Source of the DNA: Octopus sinensis
Lineage: Eukaryota
Assembly: GCF_006345805.1 (NCBI RefSeq)
Contig: NC_042999.1
Location: 158,410,001-158,474,000, forward strand
DNA length: 64,000 nt
Direction: 5' to 3'
Below the pieces are notes generated by a model. That model ran no database searches and was not told the DNA's origin. It saw only the letters and a list, made by a program, of their open reading frames with translations. How positions within the stretch are numbered: the stretch's first letter is position 1; every line of letters starts with the position of its first letter. A program made the translations under genes and the position numbers. Shown one piece after another: positions 1 through 12,798 of the stretch.

Positions 1-434
1 CTATCCCCTAAGGGTGGAAGCTACTGTAGTTTTTAGCCATATTTAAATGGCAAATATACGTCACGATGTGTTGCAGCTACTGTTTATAACTCGCTCTAAA
101 ATTTATTATTGCTTGATTATACCTTTTCGATATCAGTGTCTTTACGATACTGGAAAAGGGATAAGTATTTGGGAACCTACTTTTCATCGCCAACTGTGAT
201 TGTCACACGCCGATGACGGGTCAATAGCCAGAAACTCGAGTCCGTGTGTATCATAAGTTGAAGACGAGAAGGATGGCTTCCCTTTGCAAATACTGATAGG
301 ACACATAAAGTGTTTCTAAAGCCAGCTGGAGGAGGTGTCCTCCTGGGGCTACAAACTACAATAGCATCCACCCTTAGGGGTTAGCCATATTTAAATGGCA
401 AATATACGTCACTATATATATTTATATATATACA

Positions 435-816
435 TGGAAGCACTCCGTCGGTTACGACGACGAGGGTTCCGGTTGATCCGATCAACGGAACAGCCTGTTC
501 GTGAAATTAACGTGTAAGTGGCTGAGCATTCCACAGACACGAGTACCCTTAACGTAGTTCTCGGGGACATTCAGCGTGACACAGAGAGTGACAAGGCCGG
601 CCCTTTGAAATACAGGTACAACAGAAACAGGAAGTAAGAGTGAGAGAAAGTTGTGGTGAAAGAGTACAGCAGGGATCACCACCATCCCTGCCGGAGCCTC
701 GTGGAGCTTTTAGGTGTTTTCGCTCAATAAACACTCACAACGCCCGGTCTGGGAATCGAAACCGCGATCCTACGACCGCGAGTCCGCTGCCCTAACCACT
801 GGGCCATTGCGCCTCC
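435..816 (-). mobile_element. tRNA-derived SINE, family A (full length)
   Basis: Minus strand starts GGAGGCGCAATGGCCCAGTGGTTAGGGCAGC...GGTTTCGATTCC (pol III A/B boxes); near-identical copies at 6539-6904 and 35687-36068. Confidence 0.9.
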
Positions 817-1347
817 ATATATACATACATGTATATTATATATCTATATACGTACACACACAGATACACACACACACACACACACAACACACACACACAC
901 ACATATATATATATAAACAGAGTAGACAGATATCCAAACACACATAAAGACATGCATGCGTGTGTGAATGTTTGTGATTGTATACATACATACATAAATA
1001 CATTCATACATACATCATTTACTAACTTGCTCTTTCAAAATTTCTTCAATAGTATTCTCATGTTACTTTGATTCAAATTACGCCATCACCGTTCTAAGAC
1101 TTGTTTAACATTGAAGTCAACATTTTCAACGCGTCAAACAATTGTCCAAAACAAATTTTCTTTTTCTTTCCAACAAATGAATTATTGTAACGTTATTGCA
1201 TTATTAATTCTGTCAATTAACCCATGACCCTACAACTCACCAAATAACAATCAGCTGGTGTCAAATCTATTTGAATATCAGCGTATTTAAATGAGGAAAC
1301 TCCACAGCTACTCCACTTTCACAGATCCCCCCCATCCCCAAAAATTA

Positions 1348-1584
1348 CTGTGTGGTACGAAGCTTGGTTCCCAACCACATGGTTCTAGGTTCAATCCCAC
1401 TGCGTGGCATCTTGAGCTAGTGTCTTCTACTTATAGCCGCAACCCAACCAAACCCTTGTAAGTGTATTTGGTAGACAGAAACTGAAAGAAGTTCGTCGTA
1501 TAATATATATATATATAGATATATAGATATATATTATATATACATATATATATATACATATATATATACATACATATATTTATA

Positions 1585-1660
<76 letters not shown>

Positions 1661-1885
1661 CATACATATATATATATATATTATATATATATATACATAC
1701 ATACATATATATTATATGTATATATATATGAGTGTGTATGTGTGAGTGCTTGTGTGTCTTTGTGTCTGTTTGTCTCCACCACCGCTTGACAACTGATGTC
1801 CGTGTGTTTACATCCACGTAACTTGGTGGTTTAGCAAAAACACCAAGCTTAAAAACTACTGGGGTCGATTCATTCGACTAAAAAA
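1348..1885 (+). mobile_element. tRNA-derived SINE, family B (central TA/TG microsatellite), degenerate
   Basis: CTGTGTGGT...CCAACCACATGGTTCTAGGTTCAATCCCACTGCGTGGC head, expanded central microsatellite, then GCTTGACAACTGATG...GGGGTCGATT tail homologous to 41367-41785. Confidence 0.8.
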
Positions 1886-1978
1886 TTCTTCTAGTATACT
1901 TTCCAAAGTCCCTATCCGACTGTCGGTTACACTCACGCGCACACACACAAACACACACACACATTTATTCAACACAGC

Positions 1979-2011
<33 letters not shown>

Positions 2012-2308
2012 ATCAATATATCCATATATTTATCCAAACATACACTCACACTTTTCATTCTCATGAATGTTGTCTTTTCATACTTGTCTACTTATGACGC
2101 TCAAACATTAATAATGTCATGCGCATAGAGTTATATTTTTTCTCAAATATTTATTCATTGATATAGAATTTTGAGATTATATTTCAAAAAGAAATGTAAT
2201 GCTGTGAGGGGTATACTTATGAAGATTGTTCGAAGAGACTTGCATAGATCTACATATGGTGATATGTCTGTTCATGTTTATTAATACGTGAATAGACTAT
2301 ATATAGAA

Positions 2309-2549
2309 ATACCTATTTCTTTATTACCCACAAGGGGCTAAACATAGAGGGGACAAACAAGGACAGACATAGGTATTAAGTCGATTACATCGACCCCAGT
2401 GCGTAACTGGTACTTTAATTCATCGACCCCGAAAGGATGAAAGGCAAAGTCGACCTTTGCGGAATTTGAACTCAGAACGTAACGGCAGACGAAATACCGC
2501 AAAGCATTTCGCCCGGCGTCCTAGCATTTCTGCCAGCTCGCCGCCTTTG
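2309..2549 (-). mobile_element. SINE family C with Nin/Deu-like core domain
   Basis: Minus strand: tRNA-like head AAGGCGGCGAGCTGGCAGAA...GAGTTCAAATTCC, then GCCTTTCATCCTTTCGGGGTCGAT..AAAGTACCAG (resembles the Nin/Deu SINE core, from memory). 16 bp TSD TATATATAGAAATACC at 2298-2313 and 2550-2565. Confidence 0.85.
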
Positions 2550-3104
2550 TATATATAGAAATACCTTATTTGCCGGTGTATTAATCACACTTTTTTTCGG
2601 AGGGGAAAATCTAGGAAAAGCGGGGTGCAGTTTATACACGGGTACAAGGAAAAGTCGGTCTAAAACCCGAACATTATTTCATGTAATTATCCAAAAATCA
2701 CGTGGTAGTAGCTCCCCTTACAATTCTTGCCGTTAAAAGTAGTTAAAAAAAACTTTAAATGTTCTTATTTCAGTGTCATCGTCCATTTTGTCCGTCATAC
2801 GCTCTTATAACATTACGCATTTCAAGCCGATGTGCGCCAGTGTCGTCTCAATCGCAGCTCCCGCTTCGCTGGTGCTGCAGCCCTATAGAAGAGAGATGTG
2901 TGCCGGTAGAAAAGTAGCGAGACTTGCCTTTTCTCCGACAAATGCACTACAATTGACAGCAGATTGCAATTTTCACCCACGCTCTGATTCACCGCGAATT
3001 ATATACGAGTTCGGTAATTCCCTGGCCTATGACGTAAACAACTATTGTCCGGTGACCCGGATGCATGACTAATTTCGCTGCGTAGGGAAACGAGAGAGAG
3101 AGAG

Positions 3105-3139
<35 letters not shown>

Positions 3140-3173
3140 GTGGTTCTTGAACGTGATTGATGAAAGGTATTTA

Positions 3174-3774
3174 CTAGGTAATAAGTAAATTAAAATGAAA
3201 TATGAAGAATCTTTTCATATAGAGGGAAATAATTGGATTTATTCAGAACGAGCAAACCGCCCCCGTCCAATCAACGGTGCTGAATCATATCTGCTGAATA
3301 AAAAGCAATCAGTGTCTTCTTTTCACTAAAATATAATTAAGCATGCCTTTATTTCAATAAAATTTTTGATTTGAAAAACTTCTTGAAAAACTTATTGAGA
3401 AACCAAATAGTCTTTCCTTCCTTCATGCCAAGTTTGAAAAAAATATCTCTTTAGCATCTTACTTTTTTGGTCTCTGAAATATACTGCATTTTGTGGCATT
3501 ATTTCAAGCCAGCCGGTTTTTTTTGCACAAACTGCATGTGCATTTTTCTCGCGTATGCGCAGTATCGATCGCAACAGCTGATGTACTTGCGCATACAAAT
3601 GCACGTTCCCACGGCTTTATCGATCGCATGGAATCGATTTTTGTAGTTTTTTCATGAATTATACACGCCCTGATACTGTCGGTATCTACATATCAAGTTT
3701 GAGCGCAATCGGATGGAGGATGCCCGAGTTCCTAGAAGACACACACACAGATAGAACGGATTTTATATAATAGA
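3174..3774 (-). mobile_element. probable non-autonomous Helitron-like insert inside the pogo element
   Basis: Minus-strand start A|TCTATTATATAAAA followed by a TG/TC microsatellite and CCGATTGCGCTCAAACTTG. A candidate CTAG|T end lies at 3174 but has no clear hairpin, so that boundary is uncertain. Confidence 0.4.
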
Positions 3775-4076
3775 TCAACTTGAACCGGGAAAGGCAAGTT
3801 TCATCGTCATCACCAATGCTACAAAGGAATACAAATCTAATCAACTGTAATTTCATTACCGTACCTTAAAGTACTGGTAAGTGCACTTGTTTGTTTTTTT
3901 TTCTTGTAACATATCTACGTAAATACATAAAGAAAATGGTAATGATTAAAGGAAGCTTTCAACCTACATCCTATTGTTTGGACGGTAATTAGCTTTACTG
4001 ACTCGTTTACTCCGCTCTTCAAGTTCTACGGGACTCATCTACTTCACTCTTCAAGTTCAACGGCAGTCAAGCCATT

Positions 4077-4975
4077 ATGCCTAGACTTTCAGTTTCTGGG
4101 TTTGCTGAAGAGTTTGGAAACCGTCACTTCGGGCCTGACGAATCTGCTGTTCGACGATGGCGCTCCGGGAGATCTCGACGATGGCGCTTCAGGAGATCTC
4201 GATGAGAACGCTGAGAGGTTCCAGCAGTTCATCATCAACCTGCATAAACGACATCAGTACCCTCTGTGCCGCATCGGCAACGCAGACCCAACTCCCCCTA
4301 TGTTCGCTATTCCGATGGCGAGAAGTGTTGCCGAGAAGGGGGAGAGGACAGTGGTAATAGTCACGACGGGTCACCAGAAGGATCATTTTACGGTGATACT
4401 GGCTTGCACGGCTGACGGAGGGAAGCTGCCAAAGTACGTCGTCTTTAAGAGGAAGACACTACCCAAAGACGCAAAGGTCTTCAGAAGGGGGTCATCGATC
4501 GAGCTCAAGCGAAAGGTTGGATGGACCAGGCACTCATCAAGGACTACCTTCGGGTAGTGTGGACGCGGAGCATCAGTGAACTGCATCAGAGAAGGAGTCT
4601 CCTGGTTCTGGACGCATTTAGATGCCATAAGTCAAAAGAAACCAAGGCGAAGATACATCGTTTGAACATCGACGTGGAAATGATCCCTGGGGAAATGACA
4701 TCCCTTATTCAACCCTTTGATGCTGTAATCAACAAACCGTTTAAGGACTGTCTCATACGTCACTGGGAGGATTGGATGGCCAGTGCACCGAAGGAGACGA
4801 CAAAGACCGGGTGCACGAAGAAAGTCGAATTGGGATTGATCTGCGAGTGAATCCTGAATGTCTGGGAGGAGATTCCAGAAGACATTATCAAGCGGGATTT
4901 CCTGAAGTGCTGCATATCCAACGCGCTCGACGGCACAGGAGATGACATCTTGTGGGAATACGACGCCATCTCTCC
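4077..4975 (+). pseudogene. pogo-family (POGK-like) transposase pseudogene
   Basis: N-terminal FAEEFGNR..FG.DESAVRRWR (Brinker-like DBD); DDE_1 motifs IGNAD, TVILACTADGGKLP, KGWMD, LLVLDAFRCH, QPFDAVINKPFK, CCISNALDGT. Frameshifts, a stop codon and an internal deletion. Confidence 0.88.
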
Positions 4976-5890
4976 CTATTCTTCTGACTCCAGCGATGAC
5001 GAGTATAAACTGTTATATGCAGACGATCAACTCTACGAGGTCTTCAAAGTGTCGTCTAACGACGAAGAGTTCCTGGGTTTTGAGCGAAGTCTCTACCCAT
5101 TAAGGTCGGCCCTTTTTAGGACCACGTATTTTCAAGAAAAATATAAAGATCATAATATGAATAAGTCATATAATAAAAATCACATAATAAAAATCACATA
5201 ATAAAAAGACGTTCTCTTATCTCTCTTGCATTTAAAACCTGAACTTTATCGTCTTCCATTAATAATTATGAATATCAATGATTACGTTCGGAAAGTTAAG
5301 TGCGAAAACATCATGAAATTGAAGTTTGTATTCATCCCGTATTTCTCCTTTTCCATTAGTACCAGCAGTTTCCCGGTTTCTCCCTCGTGTCTCTATCGTG
5401 GACCAAAAACGGGGGTGCGGTTTATACACGGGTGCAGCTTATACACTGCCAAATGCGGTACATTCACTACTCATTCTATAATTACATCTCATAAGTAAAT
5501 ATATATTAATTTTACTAGGTCAGCGATTTCAGGCGAATGGGTGAGTCGATTATCTCAACCCTAGTTCTCGACCGGTACTTATTCCAATATTTTCATGCGG
5601 GGAATGACGTTGCAATTTTTCAACCATAGATTGCATATTCCTTGCTGCTCAGCCATTTTGTCTGACAGGATGTTAAACGATATATCAAACGAGATGGTAG
5701 ATGGCGCAAAAATAAAAGGGTTAATGTACGGGAAAGAGGAAGCAATCAATGATGATCTATGGTATTGGTTATTTTCCTTGAAACACTGGTAATCGGATCG
5801 GTAACACTTTTGCAAACTTATAGATATGTGTGTGTGTGTGTGTGTGTGTATTGACTACATATATACATACATACACACACACACACACAC

Positions 5891-5942
<52 letters not shown>

Positions 5943-6538
5943 TATAAATACACACACACATATACACACATACTGGTTATGTGTAACCGAAAGATATTAT
6001 ATTCCGTTTAGATCTAAGAACTCCATGGGTCAACTAAATTCCGAACCATAATTCGTATTAAATATAAACATATGTACAATTATTTTTTTTGAATTGCAGG
6101 AAACCGACCTCTCCGAATTAAATATGAAGTCTCACACATCTTAGCTTCCTTTCCGTTGAATTAATCTACGCCAACCATATTTATTCTCATTCGAACAGAC
6201 CAAAGGACGCTATTCTTGATCTAATTCTTCTTTTTTCTTTTTCCTTATTCCACTTTTTGCTTCTTTTCTTCATTCCAATTTTTATCTTTATCCTCCTCTC
6301 GTTTTTGTGTTTTCAAAACGACCAGCCATGTTGTATATGTGCCTGTGAAAGATTGCTTGGAAACAGAAGGTTTCATGTATAAGCTTGTCTGGTTATCGTG
6401 TTTTCATACCATGAAAATAATAGTTGCTCGAATTCAAATATTGTATATTACATATATACAAATATGAAAATATTTAAGATATATTATTTTACTTTTTTAC
6501 TTACCTATATATGCATACCTGCATACCTACATATATAT

Positions 6539-6904
6539 AACGACGACGAGGGTTCCGGTTGATCCGAATCAACGGAACAGCCTGCTCGTGAAATTAACGT
6601 GTAAGTGGCTGAGCACTCCACAGACACGTGCACCTTTAACGTAGTTCTCGGGATATTCAGCGTGACACAGAGAGTGACAAAGCCGGCCCCTTGAAACACA
6701 GGTACAACAGAAATAGGAAGAAAGAGCGAGAGAAAATTGTGGTGAAAGAGTACAGCAGGGATCACCACCATCCCCTGCCGGAGCCTCGTGGAGCTTTTAG
6801 GTGTTTTCGCTCAATAAACACTCACAACGCCCGGTCTGGGAATCGAAACCGCGATTCTCTGACCGCGAGTCCGCTGCCCTAACCACTGGGCCATTGCGCC
6901 TCCA
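6539..6904 (-). mobile_element. SINE family A
   Basis: High identity to 435-816 over its whole length. Confidence 0.9.
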
Positions 6905-8506
6905 CCGTACACATATGCATACACATACACAAACGCATATATTCTTTTACTTGCTTCAGCTATGGGGTGGTGATTCCTCTGGAATATAATCTTGAAGTGT
7001 TTAATCGATTAAATCAACACCAGTACATTTTTTTAAACTACGGGTCTTATTCTGTCATGCCTCGTTTTGCCGATTTGTTAGGTAACGTGAATGTAAGAAA
7101 ATCAGTAATGTTCCACAAGCAGTCTTCCTGTGAAAGACCTCTTCTTTATCTTTATCCATGACTGAAGAATTTTCCTATTTTTAGCTCATTCCGCAGCGCT
7201 CGCTCTTTTCTGAAACATGATGTAAAACCAACATCTAAATAGTTTCACTAGAAATATCATCACTCAAAACATATGAACATACGTAAAAATCATTTCCTAA
7301 GACAATGCAGGATGTAAATAACGGATTTCTACAATTAGGCATTTAGGATTTCTTCTAAACAGCATATTTTCTCATGTATCTCCTCAACAAACACTAAAAG
7401 ATTAAGTAGATTCAATAATAATCAGTTGAGCTGATTAATCTGATTAAATCAAGACATTAGTACACTTAGCCAGCGTATAAGAGATCTGATATGAGCTAAG
7501 CTCGGAGAGCTAGCATCTTTAGTGTCATGAAGTAATTCCTTTTAGGTGGTAAACTGGTTCGAGGATATAATAATGTGTGCACAAGATTTATACGTTGATG
7601 ATATCAATTATTATATCACCATCATATTTCCAGTATTACTTAGGCAAATTAATTTAGCCAATACTATATCTGGGGTTAGAGATTTCGAGGTTGGTGTGGT
7701 TATGCATACTCTGAAAATTACGTTAATTCTTTTCGAGTAATAAATATTCAGAATTACCTATGTTGCTGTAAATACGGTGCATGAGATTCAGTTGAGACAA
7801 TTAATTTGATTTAATCTATTTATATTGTTTTAACTCAGAAGCGAATTCCTTAATATAGGAAGAAGTTTGTGCAGGGTGATGGTCCATTGCAGATGTCCAG
7901 TTGTAGATTCAGAGCCATAGATAGAATTAACAAAACCCTGATTGGAGTCTACAAAGTTATTATAAACTCTGTTACATTTAAACAAATCTATCTATTGTAC
8001 ATTTCTGAGATGTCCCCTTGCATCTTGGCAATGGATTATGACTTATATAGAAAAATCAACTTTGGCCATAAATTATATGAACACATTTCGAATCATCTCA
8101 GCATCATAAAAATTTGGTAAAAAGAAAAAAAAAAAGATTTAGATATTATTTAGATTATCAACAAACGAGCAGAGTTTTCAGGATCACTCAACCTACTACA
8201 GCCAAGCATTTTCTCCAATTGGCTTTAAGGAGAAACTATATTATTTGAACTATGATCGTAGGATTAGGGTGATTAGATCTAGCCATACTATTTGGTATAA
8301 ATCACCATTTAATATAGATGTGGTAACAACTATATAATCTGCTTTTCTTTACCCAGGAAACATTTACTGGTGTCATAAGTGTTATAGCAGCAATAATGCT
8401 TAATTGTTACTCGACAGTCTATGACCTTGCACAAAATCATTGTATCTTTGAATGTAGGTAAGTTAATAATAAGTAGTAATAATAATATTAATTACGTTGG
8501 CGTTAG

Positions 8507-8552
<46 letters not shown>

Positions 8553-8592
8553 TATATATGTATGTATATATGTATGAATGTGTGTGTGCATA

Positions 8593-8655
<63 letters not shown>

Positions 8656-8711
8656 ATGTGTGTGTGTGTGCGTGTGTGTGTGTGTGGTGTGTGTGTGTGC
8701 GTATGTGTGTG

Positions 8712-8752
<41 letters not shown>

Positions 8753-9244
8753 GTATGTATGTATCTGTGTCCGTTCGCATGTAGCAGTGTGTGCATGAAT
8801 ACTTGCATAGGTTTATGCATACGTGTGTAAATATTTATGTCTGAATGTGAAAAGGAATGGAGGTTTAATGTTAGGATATTTAGGATTTTTATATCCTTAT
8901 ATACACATTAATAAGCTACCTGAGTGTTTGCATACATTTAGGTTCACGTCCGCTAATTGTGTCGAGAGGAATAATAACTCTGTGAATGGGAATTATTTAA
9001 TTAATATCGCAGCTCATTAGCACACAGTTAACACTCACACCACTAGTAAATCTCATCTAGGCTTAACAACCTATACATTAATGTCTAAGTATCACACAGA
9101 ATCTCAGACAAGGAAAGCTGTTAGCCAAGGCCATATCTTATGATTGAAATCAAAAGGCCTTACAAATTGACAAACGCAATTGAGATTCTCTTTGCTACGG
9201 ATCGCATTCTAATTTCCTATTAGCATGTAGGCATAGACCCTTAC

Positions 9245-9352
9245 AAAGATTTTTCCACATTACAGTCCAAGTGTGTACCCAAATGGATGGTATTTCTATC
9301 GCATTCAGATTCTTCAAGTTTTCGAAGAAGTGATTGTAAATTACCTAGATTA
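9245..9352 (-). CDS. candidate internal exon, phase 2-2 (NLGNLQSLLRKLEESECDRNTIHLGTHLDCNVEKS)
   Basis: Minus acceptor tttacttaacttatatttcag| and donor TT|gtaagg; 108 bp; only one frame open. No homology recognised. Confidence 0.3.
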
Positions 9353-10734
9353 CTGAAATATAAGTTAAGTAAATTTTATATCTCAAATTTTCTGTATAAA
9401 TGCTCATACCGACTACATGACTATTATATAGATATAAGCGACTATTTATCAATTAATATCAAAGCGATCTTATATACTTTTATTTCCGTGGATGACTGAG
9501 CTTATGTATGCACACGTAGACCATATATTAGCAGCAGCGTAAGCGCGGGGGATGAAAATGCAGATATTTGTACATATCTCTAAGCAGGCATGTGCAATAG
9601 TATACACAATTATATATTTATATACTTGTATGTATGTTTGTATATACGTATGTGTGCATTTGTACGTATATATTTATGAACATATATATGTAATTATATT
9701 TATGTATGGAGTAATATTTATATATATGTATGTATATGTGTCTATTTATGCTATAAAAGTATAAATGTTAATCTGTAAGCATATGACTTAATGCTTACAC
9801 AAAAGCGTATATGTATGTAAACATTGATAGATTAAAGTACACATGTCTGTTTGTATGTGGAAATGCAAGTTCTTCTAGGCGTAAGCAACATGTTTTGATA
9901 TAGAAAGATCGTGAATACATATGCATATGTACGCGTACGCGGGCATATTACCGCCTAGGTGTGTAAACAATCATATGAATTATAGGTGTGTATGGGATTC
10001 TATATATTCACGAATACACATGCACATATAAGTGCATATACCGATGTGTATGTGTTTATGTAGGTATTTGAATGCATATATGAGTATATATATATATATC
10101 TATATCTCTATATCTATACATATATATATATATATATATAGTTTATGCATATTTATATTGTCCATATGCATATCTTTGCGTGTGTACTTTTGTTTGAACT
10201 TGTGCGCATATATGTTTATAAATATACATGTATTTGTGTCGTTATTATGTAAATGCCTCGAGGTATGTATGTTACGGTTTTATGTCCTAATGTACACATA
10301 CATATCACTATCTGAGTGTTTGCATACGTTTAAGGATAGGTACACTAATGTAGTTCTCATAAATTTCATGTAAGCATCAACGGTTGAAATTTATTTTGAG
10401 CTATTTTGTATCAATTTACTACGTTTCCTTAATTCAGTTATTTACTTATTTAGCTATACATTTACGTAATTATTATAATAGTGAGTGCGTATATTCAAGT
10501 ATGTGAAACGATTGTCTATGAATATGAAGCAGTTTTATGTATGTGTGTTTTTTTGCATTATGTCCGTGTTTGCTTTAACGTAAAAGGATGCAATTTGATG
10601 ACACTGTTCACCTATAAATGTTGCATGTCATATTTCGTGGAAAAATTATTCTAAGAGTCGTAAATCAAACTCACTTCGAAAGTAGACATCACAGAGAAAT
10701 ATTGGTTGCAAATTTTGGCAAAAGACAAACATTT

Positions 10735-10885
10735 TCGGGTAGGTGTTAAATCAATTACATCTACCCTAGTGTTCAGCTGGTATTAATTTTATAGACACCG
10801 AAAGGATGAAAGGCAAAGTCGACAACGTAAAGACGGACGAAATACCGCTAAGCATTTTGACAGCAACTGCGCCAGCTCGTCGTTT
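10735..10885 (-). mobile_element. SINE family C, degenerate
   Basis: CCGAAAGGATGAAAGGCAAAGTCGAC core and GCCAGCTCG head remnant. Confidence 0.75.
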
Positions 10886-11992
10886 TACATCACAATGAAA
10901 TATTGCGGAATAATTCGACTGCATTTACAGATCCAAGATATTCTGATTCGAATGTGCGGTAAGGGGAAGTTCTTCGCAACAAGATTTAATTTGTAAAATA
11001 CAACTATCACACACACATGCGCACGCATGCACACTTACGTGCACGCGCACGTACACACACATATACGTATGTGTATCTTTATGTCTGTGTTTTATCCCAC
11101 CACCCTCCTGACAACCGGTGTTAGTGTCTTTACGTACCCCATAAATTAGCCGTTCAGTAAAAAATAAAACAAAAGGGTCGGATAGAAAAAGTACCACCTT
11201 AAAAAAAGGCGAATCATTCGATTAAGAATTCTTGAAGGCGGTGCATTAACATGGCTGCAGTCAAATGACTGAAGCAATCAAAATATAAAATATAAAGTCA
11301 ATTCCAACAGAATTAAGTTTTAATGCTAAGATTAAAACTCTATATACCAGTGTAAAATTACTTCAGGTATCGATGTCTTTTTTATATAGGTAGTTCTTCT
11401 CAGTTATCTAAATACAATTTCTAACCATTACTCTATATTTAGGGATAGTTATAAACGCAACAGCACAAGGCAGAATTTCATTAATTTGGTATCTAAAAGA
11501 CCATGATAAACAATTTAATTTAAATTGGTTGATTCCCTCCATTTCATTCCCATATGATAAAGGCAAAGAATTCTGCCAACTCTGTAATAGTGAACTATTT
11601 TATACACTTTTTTCGAAGAATCCCCTTGTAAACACGGTTATAGAGCGTGCTTATCGATGTAAATATTGGCAGAAACATACCTTTAGTTCATATAAGTGAT
11701 ATCGACCATTATATATAATTTGAACATTGATTTTCGTCTTACATTTCACGTCCACTGGAGATATCTTTTTCCAGGCCTTTAACTTTTATTTAATTCACAT
11801 ATCGCTCTATATTTCTCATTTATTAGTTTTCTGCTTATTTCTTTCCTTTACCTCTCCTCTTTCAATAGGCTACCTTTGACGTTATATCCACTAACGGTTT
11901 TCAAAAAACCTTAATAGCGTTCCGTTCATCATTATACACATCTACCACGTTCTGTCAAAATATTTTATTGATGAGTTTGGTTTCTTTCTTAC

Positions 11993-12083
11993 TTTCCCTG
12001 AAGAGATTACATTGTTTTACACCATTTTATTCATTTCGAATAATACTAATGTTGTCTTCGAAACATGTGTCGGAAGTAAAAGA
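11993..12083 (+). ncRNA. type I hammerhead ribozyme motif, copy 1 (weakened stem II)
   Basis: TTTCC-CTGAAGA-GA...TC-GAAAC-ATGT-GTC|GGAAG. Core CUGAAGA 11998-12004, GAAAC 12060-12064, predicted cleavage after C12071. Confidence 0.6.
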
Positions 12084-12247
12084 ATTTGAATTACACCTGC
12101 GATTAACTCCATTTATTTATTCATATATATTACACAAAATATTTCACATGAACCCGGATGTCTACCTTTAAAAACAAGGTAACTGCTCTGGTAACTGTTT
12201 AACTATTTTTCCGTGTTAATTGTAAAGAAGGGAAAATACACGTATCC

Positions 12248-12349
<102 letters not shown>

Positions 12350-12798
12350 CACATATATATATATATTCAAAGATAGATACATAGACACATTGTTAACACA
12401 GCAAATATTGAATCTCACTTTCACTTATTATTATCACACAAGGATAAAATTAACTCGCAAGTGGTTGAGTACTCCGCAGATATTAACGTAGTTCTCAGGG
12501 AGATTCAGTCTCACACAGAACAGGACAAGGATGGCCTCTTTCAATTACAGCTACTACTAATTTTGGCCAGCTGAGTGGACTGGAGCAAGATAAATCTTCA
12601 AGTGGTTTGAAGAAAACGAAAAAAGATCCAATATAGGAGCAGAAAAATCTTTTTAGCCGTTAGGGTCATTATGGCTGTTAATTCGGCATTTGTGGGTCGC
12701 ACAGATCTGGAGGCCAAGCCCTCAGATAAACACCGATGCGCAGGCTGTTGTTCTCAAACTGAACATGAGTCCAGAGCAAAGTCACTACATAACGGAAT

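Larger units (their letters stand above)
2564..5458 (+). mobile_element. pogo/Tigger-type DNA transposon (decayed), TA target duplication
   Basis: Left end TA|CCTTATTTGCCGGTGTATTAA and right end CTTATACACTGCCAAATGCGG|TA are imperfect TIRs. Subterminal GGGGTGC(A/G)GTTTATACACGGGT occurs near both ends. Internal transposase remnant. Confidence 0.85.

Noticed and set aside
745-816. tRNA-like sequences at SINE heads (also 35687, 41367, 50740)
   Set aside because: They have A/B boxes but no complete acceptor stem and continue into SINE bodies.
6100-6165. Plus-strand acceptor ttttgaattgcag with short open frames
   Set aside because: No donor and no linked upstream coding exon.
8357-8457. Plus-strand exon candidate (ETFTGVISVIAAIMLNCYST...)
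   Set aside because: Splice sites are good, but no compatible partner exons were found, and the opposite strand gives an equally plausible exon, which suggests chance.
9224-9289. Plus-strand exon candidate HVGIDPYKDFSTLQSKCVPKWM
   Set aside because: Weaker signals than the overlapping minus-strand candidate, and unsupported.
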